A DNA stretch of 63,325 nucleotides, counting the filler, from Octopus bimaculoides (Eukaryota): the NCBI RefSeq assembly GCF_001194135.2. It is 6 parts of 5 records of this genome, joined end to end, with 100 filler letters (N's around TTAATTAATTAA, not from the genome) between each part and the next. Parts side by side here need not be neighbours in the genome. Positions count along the whole stretch, not along the records: positions 31,476 to 46,781 come from NC_068981.1; positions 46,882 to 61,813 come from NC_069010.1; 4 more parts are not named here. One strand, given 5' to 3'. The position numbers were made by a program, and so were the translations under genes. The notes beneath the pieces were generated by a model. The model was not told the origin of the DNA and did not search any database. It saw only the letters and a program-made list of their open reading frames with translations. This document shows positions 40,601 to 54,333 of this stretch, in pieces (position 1 is the first letter of the stretch; each line of letters starts with the position of its first letter).

Positions 40601-40759
40601 ACCATAGCACTTATGTTATGATTAAATTTCCTATTACATTCTCTACAACTGGTCCTAGAATATTTTCTTCTATTCTGGCACCTTGCTGTACTCAAGAAGA
40701 CCCATCCTCCACAGCAGAAATGTTAAGGCTGGTCCCCCTGGTGAAGAGGATTGGACTGA

Positions 40760-40960
40760 GTCTTGTGCCAGTGCCATGTAAAAAACACTATTGCCTGTGC
40801 CATGTAAAAGCACCCAGCACACTCTGTAAAGTGGTTGGTGTTAAGAAGGGCATTCAGCCATAGAAATCAGACTGGAACCTGGTGCAGCTCTCCAGGTTAC
40901 CAGCTCTGGTCAAACCATCAAACTCATGCCAGCATGGAAAACAGATGTTAAATGATGGTA

Positions 40961-41000
<40 letters not shown>
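40760..41000 (+). mobile_element. SINE family C 3' part ending in (GAT)n
   Basis: GTGCCATGTAAAAGCACCCA..GTGGTTGGTGTTAAGAAGGGCATTCAGC..CCATGCCAGCATGGAAAA..GTTAAATGATG. Same as 48515-48665 and 59895-60220. Confidence 0.8.
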
Positions 41001-41013
<13 letters not shown>

Positions 41014-42039
41014 GGTATGGCAGTCTCATTTTAACATTACTATCCTTGACTGACCTTGGGATGTGTTTCATTTGTTCACAGAAAGCTACTTTCACTATGG
41101 CTAAGCTGTAATACCTCTCATACTGTTTAAAGACTTCCTCATTGGCAATAAACTTAAAAATTCCGACACCAATTTGACTACACAGTTTATAATGCATTTT
41201 GGATGATTTGAGTTGCAGCTGATGTACTCAAGATTTTCTTTGGTTTGTTAAATGTGTGATGCAGTCCAATACTAAAGTCAAGTGTAACATCTAAAAAAAT
41301 TTACCTTACTGTGTTTTTTTTTAATAGAGATAGCAAATCTCAATCCATTATCATCATCATCATCATCATCGTTTAACGTCCGCTTTCCATGCTAGCATGG
41401 GTTGGACGATTTGATTGATGGATAAATTTTTCTTACACCTTATAATATTAGTTTTGCTATAATTACAGTCAGTAAACAATGCATGATATATATATATATA
41501 TATATATTAATAATTAAGAGTGCTAAAAATAGCAGTCAGAATTTTTTTTAAACTTATGGTATTTTTTACTCATGCTATGCCACTTGTGATATTATTGTAA
41601 ACAATAATATCCTTATATCATCATCATCATCATCATCGTTTAACGTCCGTTTTCCATGCTGGCATGGGTTGAATGGTTTGACTGGGGACTGGCACTTAGA
41701 AGACGTATGCTAAAACATTCCTTCAAAATCAGGTTCCAAAGGGTAAAAATGTAGAAGAAACTTGAATATCTGTCACAAGTGTTTTAAACCCTGTCAGTCA
41801 GCAGCTGGTCTGAAAAATCATCTGAGGGCTCCTCAAAAGAGTTATTGTGCTGTGTGATGGGGTGTGGTGTGTGTTGATGCGATAGCTATCAGCTGTCATG
41901 ATGAAGCAATCATATACATAAACAAATCTTAATATGAGAAGATGGACTGAACAAGCTTTATTACAAATTATTACAATTGTTTCAATGCATCAATATCAGC
42001 TGTTAATTGCTGAATATTATATATATTATACATAACGTT

Positions 42040-42520
42040 CATCATCATCATTTAGTGTCTGCTTTCCATGCTGTCATGGGTTAGATGGTTTGACTGAAAT
42101 TGGTAAGCTGGAGGGCTACACCAGGTTCCAATCTGATTTGGCATGGTTTCTACAGCTGGATGCCCTTCTTGATGCGAACCACTCTAAGAGTGTAATGGGT
42201 GCTTTTTATGTACCACCAGCATGGTTGCCAGTTACATGACACTGGCATCGGCCACAACTAAAGTTCCACTTGGCTTGATGGGTCTTCTCAAGCACAGCAT
42301 ATCACCAATGGTCTCAGTCACTTGTCATTGCCTCCAAGAGGCCCAATGTTCGAAGGGTGCTTTTTATGTGCCAGTCACATGACACCAGCATCAACCACAA
42401 CTAGAATTTCACTTGGCTTCACGAATCTTCTCAAGCATGGCAAAAAGCCAAAGGTCTCAGTCACTTGTCATTGCCTCTGTAAAGCCCAAGCTGTACACAT
42501 GCGCATCCTCAAGTGGCCAG
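42040..42520 (-). mobile_element. SINE family C
   Basis: CATCATC..TTTCCATGCT..GGGTT..CTACAGCTGGATGCCCTTC..GGGTGCTTTT, with an internal duplicated segment. Confidence 0.75.
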
Positions 42521-42827
42521 AGTCAAAACATTACTATATCATCTTTAGTTTCTTCATATTTTATAAAAAATACTGGGAAACACAGGGAGTCCAAGATGAC
42601 AACTGGAAAATAGATTGCAATTCGTCGAGGCAGGTTACATGGTGTTGTCAGAGTAAGGTTGATTGTTCAGCCACAGCATTTAATTTAGAAAGTGGAATTT
42701 TTTGCCCACNNNNNNNNNNAAGGTTGATTGTTCAGCCACAGCATTTACTTTAGAAAGTGGAATTTTTTGCCCACATGGCTAGATAGGAAGCTGGTGGCAT
42801 CTAAGTGTCTGGGTGTAGCAGAAGACT

Positions 42828-42829
<2 letters not shown>

Positions 42830-42872
<43 letters not shown>

Positions 42873-43360
42873 TTAGCTGTATGAATGTGAGGATGTGAGT
42901 GTGTTATTGGTTGTACAGGTGTGCATGTGTGCATGCATGTATGTAGGCATATGTGCATGGGTGCACTAGTGCTTGCTGCCTACGTGTGCAAGCACGTATG
43001 CATTTAACACATAAATATGGGTGTGTGTGCACAAGTGTGTACGTTTTTGCATTTGTGTGTGAATGCATGAGCGTATGTGTGCATGTGTGATGTCTGGAAG
43101 ACCATGTGTGGGTGCATGTGTGTATGTGTATGTGTGTGTGTATGCAGGTGTGATGTATGTTAGTGTAGTGCATATTTATGCATGTGAGTTTGTGAATGTG
43201 TGTTTGAGTGTGTGTGCATGTGTGTGTGCGTGTGCTTGTGTCGGCATGTGTGGGTGTATTTGCACATAGATACTTGTATGTGTGTGTGTTTATATTTATG
43301 TGCGCATGCCAAGTATATGAAGGCAAAATTGTGTGGGGAGGGGACACTTGACAGTGTGAG
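42830..43360. repeat. Degenerate (GT)/(GTAT)-rich low-complexity tract
   Basis: About 500 bp of imperfect purine-pyrimidine alternation. Confidence 0.8.
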
Positions 43361-43536
43361 TGTCACTCTAAGCAGGATGGTTGTAGTGATGTTTGTGGTA
43401 TTGATGATGATGATGGTAAAATGTCTATAAAAATTCTGGCATAATAAGAATTCAGATTACAAGTGACTAGCATAAATACTATAAGATATTATGTGTGTGT
43501 GTATGAAAGTGTGTGTGTGAGTGTGTTTATGTGTGA

Positions 43537-43568
<32 letters not shown>

Positions 43569-44294
43569 ATTTCTATGTTATCTAGAAAAGAAAGGAGGAA
43601 AAGTAAAGAATTTAAGTATTTTGTTTTTGAAGAAAAAGAAGTCTCTTCCGCTGAGGGAGTATCAGCTTATACTCATGTGGGGTAAATTGCAATAAAACCT
43701 ATGTTGGGATTAAAATATCTGTTTACTAGTAACTAAAATAAACTTTCAGACTCACCATACTTTTACCACAAAAGTGTTTTGAGTACTATAATGTTTNNNN
43801 NNNNNNNNNNNNNNNNNNNNNNNNNNNNNNNNNNNNNNNNNNNNNNNNNNNNNNNNNNNNNNNNNNNNNNNNNNNNNNNNNNNNNNNNNNNNNNNNNNNN
43901 NNNNNNNNNNNNNNNNNNNNNNNNNNNNNNNNNNNNNNNNNNNNNNNNNNNNNNNNNNNNNNNNNNNNNNNNNNNNNNNNNNNNNNNNNNNNNNNNNNNN
44001 NNNNNNNNNNNNNNNNNNNNNNNNNNNNNNNNNNNNNNNNNNNNNNNNNNNNNNNNNNNNNNNNNNNNNNNNNNNNNNNNNNNNNNNNNNNNNNNNNNNN
44101 NNNNNNNNNNNNNNNNNNNNNNNNNNNNNNNNNNNNNNNNNNNNNNNNNNNNNNNNNNNNNNNNNNNNNNNNNNNNNNNNNNNNNNNNNNNNNNNNNNNN
44201 NNNNNNNNNNNNNNNNNNNNNNNNNNNNNNNNNNNNNNNNNNNNNNNNNNNNNNNNNNNNNNNNNNNNNNNNNNNNNNNNNNNNNNNNNNNNNN

Positions 44295-44346
<52 letters not shown>

Positions 44347-45283
44347 TAAAAAGTTGCAAGGAAAAACAACAAAAGAACAGAACAAAACACACCAAAAACA
44401 TGGGCATGCTCATCCTGCATCATCAGTTATTGACCAAAAACCCTCACAATTTCATGTCATTTATTAAGATTGTTCATTTTGTTGATGTCAACAGCAAAAC
44501 ATTGCTGAGATAAGTGAACAGACATATATACATAGACTTTTGTTTGCATTTTTAACATGTTTTCATCAATAATTTTTTTTTTATATTTTGAAAATATTCA
44601 GGGAGTTATTACGCCCGCTGTTCAACTGTGCCCAAATGTTATTCCGCCCACTGTTTACCCGAACATTTTTTAGAAATCAATTTAAACTTAAAACCTCCCC
44701 AGACACATAAGCAATGTGTGTGTGGAGTTTAAGAAAAATCAGTCGAGCTGTTTTGGCACAAAATGAGGACATACCAATACACACAGACACATACACACAC
44801 ACATGCAGACATTTTCAGTTTTAATAAGATATATATATATATTTATATTATTATTTGATTGAACACCACGCATCCATTTCCAAGTAAGCTTATATGTATA
44901 TTATTGTTATTATTTTTTAAAACAGTTTGATTTGGCCCTGTGTGACTTAAAGTTTCAAAACTGTAAGTCACATGGGGCCAAATGAAAGAGATTGTAACAG
45001 TGATAGATTACATTTATAATATTATTACCATGAGAACCAGAAATGAAATCAAAAGCATAAGCTTCAAGCAGCTGTTTTCTCATGTGTCATTCACAAAGGT
45101 TTTTAAATGAAACAACATAAAGATAAGCATTTTCTCCAAACTTTCATTTCATATTTCAAAAAGTATTTAGACAGTGAATGTTCAAAAGAAAACAAGGCTT
45201 GGTTTACCAGCTAATGATCAGAAATGAACAACTCCAAGAACTGGAAATCGCAGCCTTTCAATTATAATGTACAAACACAAACA

Positions 45284-45331
<48 letters not shown>

Positions 45332-45335
45332 TATA

Positions 45336-46631
45336 CAAGGTGCATTCCAGAGACTTGAGACTTGTTTTTAGCGAAGGCAGTTACAATTACCCCAGGTTAT
45401 TGTAATTTTAGTATATCATTACTATGTATCTAATAAGATGACTTGCCAACTTTTGTTATTCCAGATCGATGGATACAACAGTAATAGCACTTTGAACAAA
45501 CCCTGTAAAAGCCCTGCTTGTTACTGTTGCCTAGTTTATAGAGTGCAGTTGGAACATGAAGATAATTTGGAAGTTTGATATGTAATAAAGATTTGTGCTA
45601 AACTGAGCAAAAAAGCTATAGAAACTTATGGAATGCTACAGATAGTTTATGGATTAGCCTCTTTGAGCTGAGCATCCATTTTATGCTGGTGCAAGAGACC
45701 AGGCAAAGCAAATCCATCAAAAAGTTCANNNNNNNNNNNNNNNNNNNNNNNNNNNNNNNNNNNNNNNNNNNNNNNNNNNNNNNNNNNNNNNNNNNNNNNN
45801 NNNNNNNNNNNNNNNNNNNNNNNNNNNNNNNNNNNNNNNNNNNNNNNNNNNNNNNNNNNNNNNNNNNNNNNNNNNNNNNNNNNNNNNNNNNNNNNNNNNN
45901 NNNNNNNNNNNNNNNNNNNNNNNNNNNNNNNNNNNNNNNNNNNNNNNNNNNNNNNNNNNNNNNNNNNNNNNNNNNNNNNNNNNNNNNNNNNNNNNNGATA
46001 TGTAATAAAGATTTGTGCTAAACTGAGCAAAAAAGCTATAGAAACTTATGGAATGCTACAGATAGTTTATGGATTAGCCTCTTTGAGCTGAGCATCCATT
46101 TTATGCTGGTGCAAGAGACCAGGCAAAGCAAATCCATCAAAAAGTTCATGATGATTTCCTTTTTTGAAAGCAAGAACAGCATCTACATCCACTGTGTTCC
46201 CTCTGACCAGATGGTCAACAAAGAGTATTTTGTGGAGGTTTAAACGGAGTTCAGGAAAAGATTTTGTGACAAAAGGCCAGAGTACCTGCACTACGACAAT
46301 GCTCCTATCCACAATTCCATCCTGGCAGCCAACTATCTGACAGTGATGGGCATCAACACTGTCTCCCATCCTTCCTAAAGTTCAGACCTTTCTCCCTGTG
46401 ACTTTTGATTGTTTTCCAAGCTGAAGGAGAAGATGAAAAAAGCTGTGACAAAGTTCCTGGACACCTTCACTTTGGAGGGCTTCACAGAGTCTTCATGAAG
46501 TGGCTGAAGCACTACAACAAGTGCATTAAAGTTATAGGATCCTAATTTGAAGGAGATTAAAGTTTTGTACTTCTTTGAAATTAAAAAATGTCTCACTTGA
46601 AAAAGTTTCAAAACTTCTGGATTGCACCTTA
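45336..46631 (+). mobile_element. Mariner DNA transposon, internally deleted, with TIRs and TA TSD
   Basis: TA|CAAGGTGCATTCCAG...CTGGATTGCACCTTA|TA. N-terminal RYVIKICAKL..ETYGML is fused to the catalytic region LHYDNAPIH..HPS*SSDLSPCDF*LFSKLK..W..YNKCI..FEGD. The stretch 45577-45728 is repeated at about 45998 and 46643 (assembly duplication). Confidence 0.9.
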
Positions 46632-46825
46632 TATGTATATATATGTAATAAAGATTTGTGCTAAACTGAGCAAAAAAGCTATAGAAACTTATGGAATGCT
46701 ACAGATAGTTTATGGATTAGCCTCTTTGAGCTGAGCATCCATTTTATGCTGGTGCAAGAGACCAGGCAAAGCAAATCCATCNNNNNNNNNNNNNNNNNNN
46801 NNNNNNNNNNNNNNNNNNNNNNNNN

Positions 46826-46837
46826 TTAATTAATTAA
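46826..46837. other. Synthetic scaffold spacer (44N-TTAATTAATTAA-44N)
   Basis: Same 100-bp architecture. Confidence 0.95.
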
Positions 46838-46882
46838 NNNNNNNNNNNNNNNNNNNNNNNNNNNNNNNNNNNNNNNNNNNNG

Positions 46883-47026
46883 CCTGTAGTCCTTTCTACT
46901 CTCCTGTAGTCCTTTCTACTCTCTTGTAGTCCTTTCTACTCTCCTGTAGTCCTTTCTACTCTCCTGTAGTCCTTTCTACTCTCCTGTAGTCCTTTCTACT
47001 CTCTTGTAGTCCTTTCTACTCTCTTG
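46883..47026. repeat. 20-bp minisatellite (CYTGTAGTCCTTTCTACTCT x7)
   Basis: Seven near-perfect units with a single C/T variable position; begins at a gap. Confidence 0.95.
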
Positions 47027-47067
47027 TCTGGAGTGGGATCCTGGGTGTCCTATTCATCACATATCTA

Positions 47068-47285
47068 CCTCTTTATTGCCCACAAGGGGCTACACACAGA
47101 GGGGACAAACAAGGACAGACAAACGGATTAAGTCGATTATATCGACCCCAGTGCGTAACTGGTACTTAATTTATTGACCCCGAAAGGATGAAAGGCAAAG
47201 TCAACCTCGGCGGAATTTGAACTCAGAATGCAGTGGCAGACGAAATATCACTAAGCATTTTGCCCGGTGCGCTAACGATTTTATT
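47068..47285 (-). mobile_element. tRNA-derived SINE family B
   Basis: Reverse complement of 37579-37800. Confidence 0.85.
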
Positions 47286-47464
47286 AAAAGGCATTTTAAC
47301 CAATTGAAGAAAAGATATACCAAAAATCAAGAAAGGCGAGAAGAGCCAATGGGTATATGGTATGAGATGTTCGAGGTCTCAGAACCACAAGCAAAAGCAG
47401 AACTGACTTGTAGGTCAAACAGGAAAAGAAAACCTACAGAAATGATGGTAATTAACGCTACTAA

Positions 47465-47673
47465 AATTCTTTTACTTGTTTCAGTTATTTGACTGTGGCC
47501 ATGCTGGAGCACCACCTTTAGTCGAGAAAATCGACCCCGGGACTCATTCTTTGGAAGCCTAGTACTTATTCTATCGGTTCTCTTTTTGCCTAACCGCTAA
47601 GTTACCGGGACGTAAATACACCAGCATCGGTTGTCAAGCGATGGTGGGGGGACAAACACAGACACACAAACAC

Positions 47674-47715
<42 letters not shown>

Positions 47716-47981
47716 NNNNNNNNNNNNNNNNNNNNNNNNNNNNNNNNNNNNNNNNNNNNNNNNNNNNNNNNNAATTCTTTTACTTGTTTCAGTTATTTGA
47801 CTGTGGCCATGCTGGAGCACCACCTTTAGTCGAGAAAATCGACCCCGGGACTCATTCTTTGGAAGCCTAGTACTTATTCTATCGGTTCTCTTTTTGCCTA
47901 ACCGCTAAGTTACCGGGACGTAAATACACCAGCATCGGTTGTCAAGCGATGGTGGGGGGACAAACACAGACACACAAACAC

Positions 47982-48028
<47 letters not shown>

Positions 48029-48192
48029 TACGACGGGCTTCTTTCAGTTTCCATCTACCAAATCCACTCACAAGGCTTTGGTCGGCCCGAGGCTATAGTA
48101 GAAGACACTTGCCCAAGGTGCCACGCAGTGGGACTGAACCCGGAACCATGTGATTGGTGAGCAAGCTACTTACCACACAGCCACTCCTGCGG
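47465..48192 (-). mobile_element. SINE family A (3' half duplicated across an N gap)
   Basis: 47463-47715 and 47774-48020 are identical, which is probably an assembly duplication of one copy. Confidence 0.85.
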
Positions 48193-48514
48193 AAATAAAA
48201 TTGATAAAAATAAAAGACAAAGCCAATCTCAAGTAGGGGAGATATTGTGTGGAAGTAGAACACCCCTGTTGGTTGACTCATAATGGACTGCGCCATAATA
48301 TAGATGGACATATGCAGAGAGCCTTCTGGAGCTGAGTAAAGCCAAAAGTTGCGTATTGTCAAGGGGTACTACCAGTATCTTGAGCAGAACGATTTGCAAG
48401 GATTTATTATTATCCCGTTATATCGTACGTCGAAACAAACAAAAGAATTAATACATGACAGTTTATCTATCTATCTATCTGTCTTGGTCAATCCACAGGA
48501 CGCCTCATTTAAAC

Positions 48515-48665
48515 AGTTAGTGGTTGGCGTTAGGAAGGGCATCCAGCTGTAGAAACTCTGCCAAATTAGATTGGAGCCTGGTGTAGCCATCCGGTTTCAC
48601 CAGTCCTCAGTCAAGTCGTCCAACCCATGCTAGCATGGAAAGCGGACGTTAAACGATGATGATTT
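48515..48665 (+). mobile_element. SINE family C 3' part
   Basis: GTGGTTGGCGTTAGGAAGGGCATCCAGCTGTAG..CCATGCTAGCATGGAAAGCGGACGTTAAACGATGATG. Confidence 0.85.
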
Positions 48666-48985
48666 CTCTCCCTCTTTCACATTTAACCAGTTAAATTTCT
48701 CTGCCCCTCTTTTTCTTTGTCTCCCATGTTCTATCTTTCTTTCTTCTCTCTCTCTCTCTCTCTGTAAAGTTAATGAAAGACAGTTCCAATAAACAATCGA
48801 AATATATAATAGAATAAAAACGCTACACTCATTATTGTGCATACATGTTGAAACATGCAAAGCACATACATATTGCTAGTGATTCATAAAAATTAAATTA
48901 CGTTTGTCGTAATTTGAATTTAACATATGAGAGCGTCTCATAAAGTGAGATTTATATATCTTAATTTGCAGAGGAATTTGTAGTG

Positions 48986-49059
48986 GGTAGTTTAGCTTAA
49001 TCGGTCAAAGCATCGTGAGATGTAATCACGGGGATGTGAGTTCGAGTCCACAGCTAGCC
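48986..49059 (+). pseudogene. tRNA-Thr(UGU)-like pseudogene or SINE head
   Basis: Cloverleaf: acceptor GGTAGTT/AGCTAGC (one mismatch), D stem GCTT/AAGC, anticodon stem CGTGA/TCACG with loop GA-TGT-AA, T loop TTCGAGT. The T stem has a deletion and the loop lacks U33, so it is unlikely to be a functional tRNA. Confidence 0.5.
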
Positions 49060-49279
49060 ACCTACACTTTTCTCTGCAAAATAGGGGTAGTTTATCCTGT
49101 TCAGGCTATATTATTAGCATTATTCTGCGATTGAGAATTTAAAAAAAAAAAAAAATCACTTCTTTAACTTTCTAACTACAGGGAATTTTGCAAAGATGAA
49201 AGCCATTTTAAAAACCCTACTTAATCTCATTAATTCAAATACAAGAACACTTATACATATTTAAAATTCAAGTACTTAC

Positions 49280-50199
49280 TGCAATGCATTGATGAAAAAT
49301 TTTTCCGTAATATAATCTCTACAATTGGAATTTTCAAATGCCAAGTAAAATTTATATTCATTCTGTAACATCTGGAAACAATTCCATTTGTCCCTTTTTT
49401 CACAAACTTTTGTACCACAATTACCATAAATATCCACCTGGATATATTTTCCGAGTTCCTTAGCATAGCCCATTCGATCGTTGCTAGGACAACAACTGGA
49501 AGTGAACCAAGCAACCTTCTTTGTTTTTCCCCTGGCATAATTTATGGATTGTGTTTTTTGTGTTACTGACTTTTTGAAATATTGAAATTTCCCATAAGGA
49601 TATACAATGGTACTGTCCTGGCGATATGTAATCGTCCAATTGATTCTGTTCTCCAAGTGTTTAACCGATGGGTTGAAGTTAGGACATTCCTGGGTCATAT
49701 ATATCCATATCTGATTTGAGTGTTTCGGTTTTTCGGATATTCCTACTGTCTCATAAAAGAAAATCGCATCCACGCTATTTTGCTTCGCTTTGTCGTTTGT
49801 CACCAGACATTCATTGACTGGGCAGCCATATTCCAAGAAACTCTCTTGATTTTCTTTCAACGGTCTCAAATACTTTAAATTGTAGATCAATAATGTTTTA
49901 AACTTTTGTCGAATTTTGTCAGCAGCCTCTGACTGATTTGGGGCCACATTCCTTTTATCATTTCCCCGTTTTTGCTTTGCGGATAAGACATATTTTAGTT
50001 GAGCTGTCATACGGTCGTTATCAGATTGTTGTCCTGGTATAAGTAGAGATGAATAGCTTACGTAAGAAACAGGCTGCTGTATCCCAATAACTATATTTAG
50101 TTGTTCGCTGGATTTACATTGAAGAAGAAGAAAACAAATGTATGTGATTATTGTTATGAAAAAGACAAAGACCAAACATCTTCGGCCACAGATTTTCAT
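49280..50199 (-). CDS. Alpha-1,3-fucosyltransferase (GT10, FucTA-like), first coding exon (partial CDS)
   Basis: ATG at 50199, type-II TM anchor (CLVFVFFITIITYICFLLL), GCPVNECLVT, ECP, INWTITYRQDSTI..PYG, VAWF, VDIYGNCG and the alpha-1,3-FucT motif YKFYLAFENSNCRDYITEKF. The ORF stops at a canonical GTAAGT donor (49279-49274); the C-terminal exon was not found. Confidence 0.9.
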
Positions 50200-50652
50200 T
50201 CTTTGCTTTGTGTGTGTTGCAAACAAATAATTTTCAATCAACTGTTTATGTAACACATTGCATTTGTTGATTGTGAAGGAGAGAAGAAATAAGAAAGAGA
50301 AAGAGAGATAGAAAGATAGATAATTGTGTGATATAGAAATTAAATGTAACAGCTCGGATAAGAAAATATATGTATATATGTATACCTGCCAAACGAGAAA
50401 AAAGACTTTCAGGTGCTGAATAGTATAGTTTACATATATAAATACAGAGATATGGTTTACACAGAATAGAAAGGCGGAGAAAATTCAAGGAGAGGATATA
50501 AGGTGTTGTAAGTCCAACGGTTGTCAAAGAAGTTCAAAAGTAGAATGATTGGATGTGGAGAGCAAGTGGTGTGATAGTAGAAATGGAGAGTTGGTAGGTG
50601 ACATTAACACCCCCACCCCCAATAGGGGCCTAATCTTGGGGTTAGTAGCCCG

Positions 50653-50733
50653 GGCATATGGCGTAGTGGTTAAGAGCGCGGGCTACTAACCCCAAGATTC
50701 CGAGTTCGATTCACGGCATCGACCTGATTAATA

Positions 50734-50772
<39 letters not shown>

Positions 50773-50950
50773 TAATAATAGTAACATCGTTAGGAATGAG
50801 AACCCAGGTTCGAAATTTCCCCAAGACACCTGACGAAGGCTGGAGGGTGTATCAGCCGAAACGTTGTGTTAACAACAAACAAGATGAGGACCAATATCCG
50901 TCAAATGTAAAATAATGTACATAATTCCTCATCTCTTAAATATAGAACTG
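50653..50950 (+). mobile_element. Composite SINE-like element: tRNA-like head, (AAT)n, hammerhead-bearing tail
   Basis: A box TGGCGTAGTGG, B box GAGTTCGATTC, (AAT)n at about 50730-50785, then TTAGGAATGAGAACCCAGGTTCGAAATTTCC.., homologous to 27594-27729 (minus). Confidence 0.65.
50825..50870 (+). ncRNA. Candidate minimal type-I hammerhead ribozyme
   Basis: GACAC CTGACGA A GGCTG-(10 nt)-CAGCC GAA ACGT T GTGTT. Intact CUGANGA/GAAA core, 5-bp helices I and II, palindromic helix III, GUU triplet. Confidence 0.7.
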
Positions 50951-51444
50951 AAATATCTACCATAGTTTTTTATCACTCTCTCCTCCCTCCCTCCCTCCTT
51001 CTCTTGCTCTTATCCCTAGCTAGGTCACTCTATATCTGTTTACTGTCTGACTTCTTTCTTATTAACTCGTTCTCTCCCTCTCTCACTGGGTAACCATGTT
51101 TCTCCTCTACAGCAGCAAACCTGTTTCTACCCTCATACTTGACCAATTTCTCTCCCTTCTCTTGCTCCCCCCCCCCTTCTAGGTAACCATGTATCTCCTT
51201 TATAGCAGCACACTTGTTCCTGCCCTCTCTCTCTTTCTCTATCTCTCTCTTTCTCTATCTCTCTCTTTCTCTATCTCTCTCTTTCTCTATCTCTCTCTGG
51301 CCAGGTAACCGTGTACCTCCTCTAAAGCAAGACACCTGCTTCTGTCGCTCTAACCTTTCATCGTGTGACACAAGATCCCCTCCTCCCATGCCCCTCCATT
51401 CTCAAAGGTTCCTAGTCTTGCAAAGTTATTTGGTGATTGTGCTG

Positions 51445-51743
51445 GTGCTGGTGCCATGTAAAAGGCATCCCGTCCACACTGTGAAGTGGTGGGCATTTGG
51501 AAGGGCATCCAGCTGTCAAAACGATGCCAAAACTAACATCACCTGTGCTGGTGCCATGTAAAAGGCATCCATTCCACACTGCTTAGTGGTGGGCATTTGG
51601 AAGGGCATCCAGCTGTAAAAACCATGCCAAAACTAACCTCACCTGTGCTGGTGCCATGTAAAAGGCATCCAGTCCACACTGCGAAGTGGTGGGCATTTGG
51701 AAGGGTATTTATCTGTAAAAACCATGCCAAAACTAACCTCACC
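51445..51743 (+). repeat. Three tandem 100-bp units derived from SINE family C
   Basis: GTGCTGGTGCCATGTAAAAGGCATCC starts at 51445, 51545 and 51645. Confidence 0.85.
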
Positions 51744-52194
51744 TTTTATATTTTCTGTAGTTTGTTATGTTTCATTTTAAACATTGTTCTTACTGTGGTG
51801 TCTTTTACCCCCACCCACCCCTTTTTTTTTACTCTATNNNNNNNNNNNNNNNNNNNNNNNNNNNNNNNNNNNNNNNNNNNNNNNNNNNNNNNNNNNNNNN
51901 NNNNNNNNNNNNNNNNNNNNNNNNNNNNNNNNNNNNNNNNNNNNNNNNNNNNNNNNNNNNNNNNNNNNNNNNNNNNNNNNNNNNNNNNNNNNNNNNNNNN
52001 NNNNNNNNNNNNNNNNNNNNNNNNNNNNNNNNNNNNNNNNNNNNNNNNNNNNNNNNNNNNNNNNNNNNNNNNNNNNNNNNNNNNNNNNNNNNNNNNNNNN
52101 NNNNNNNNNNNNNNNNNNNNNNNNNNNNNNNNNNNNNNNNNNNNNNNNNNNNNNNNNNNNNNNNNNNNNNNNNNNNNNNNNNNNNNNNNNNNNN

Positions 52195-54168
<1,974 letters not shown>

Positions 54169-54333
54169 NNNNNNNNNNNNNNNNNNNNNNNNNNNNNNNN
54201 NNNNNNNNNNNNNNNNNNNNNNNNNNNNNNNNNNNNNNNNNNNNNNNNNNNNNNNNNNNNNNNNNNNNATATATATATATATATATACATACGACAAAGT
54301 GACTTTTACCAACAATGTCAATGTTAAAATTTA

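Noticed and set aside
41040-41200. Short open frame MHYKLCSQIGVGIFKF.. (minus strand)
   Set aside because: No identifiable domain; the ORF is extended only by an adjacent (CAT)n SINE tail.
44600-44830. Helitron/Helentron-like non-autonomous 3' end
   Set aside because: Resemblance from memory only; no second copy or diagnostic hairpin confirmed in the window.
46883-47026. CRISPR-like array
   Set aside because: Units are contiguous with no unique spacers, and the context is eukaryotic; it is a minisatellite.
48190-48460. Candidate second exon of the fucosyltransferase (YSAPEGSLHM)
   Set aside because: Only a faint echo of AP..S.IHV; lacks IPIV.G, DF and YF.W motifs and a clear acceptor.
50653-50725. 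Functional tRNA gene
   Set aside because: The acceptor stem does not pair and the sequence continues into a repeat body; treated as a SINE head.
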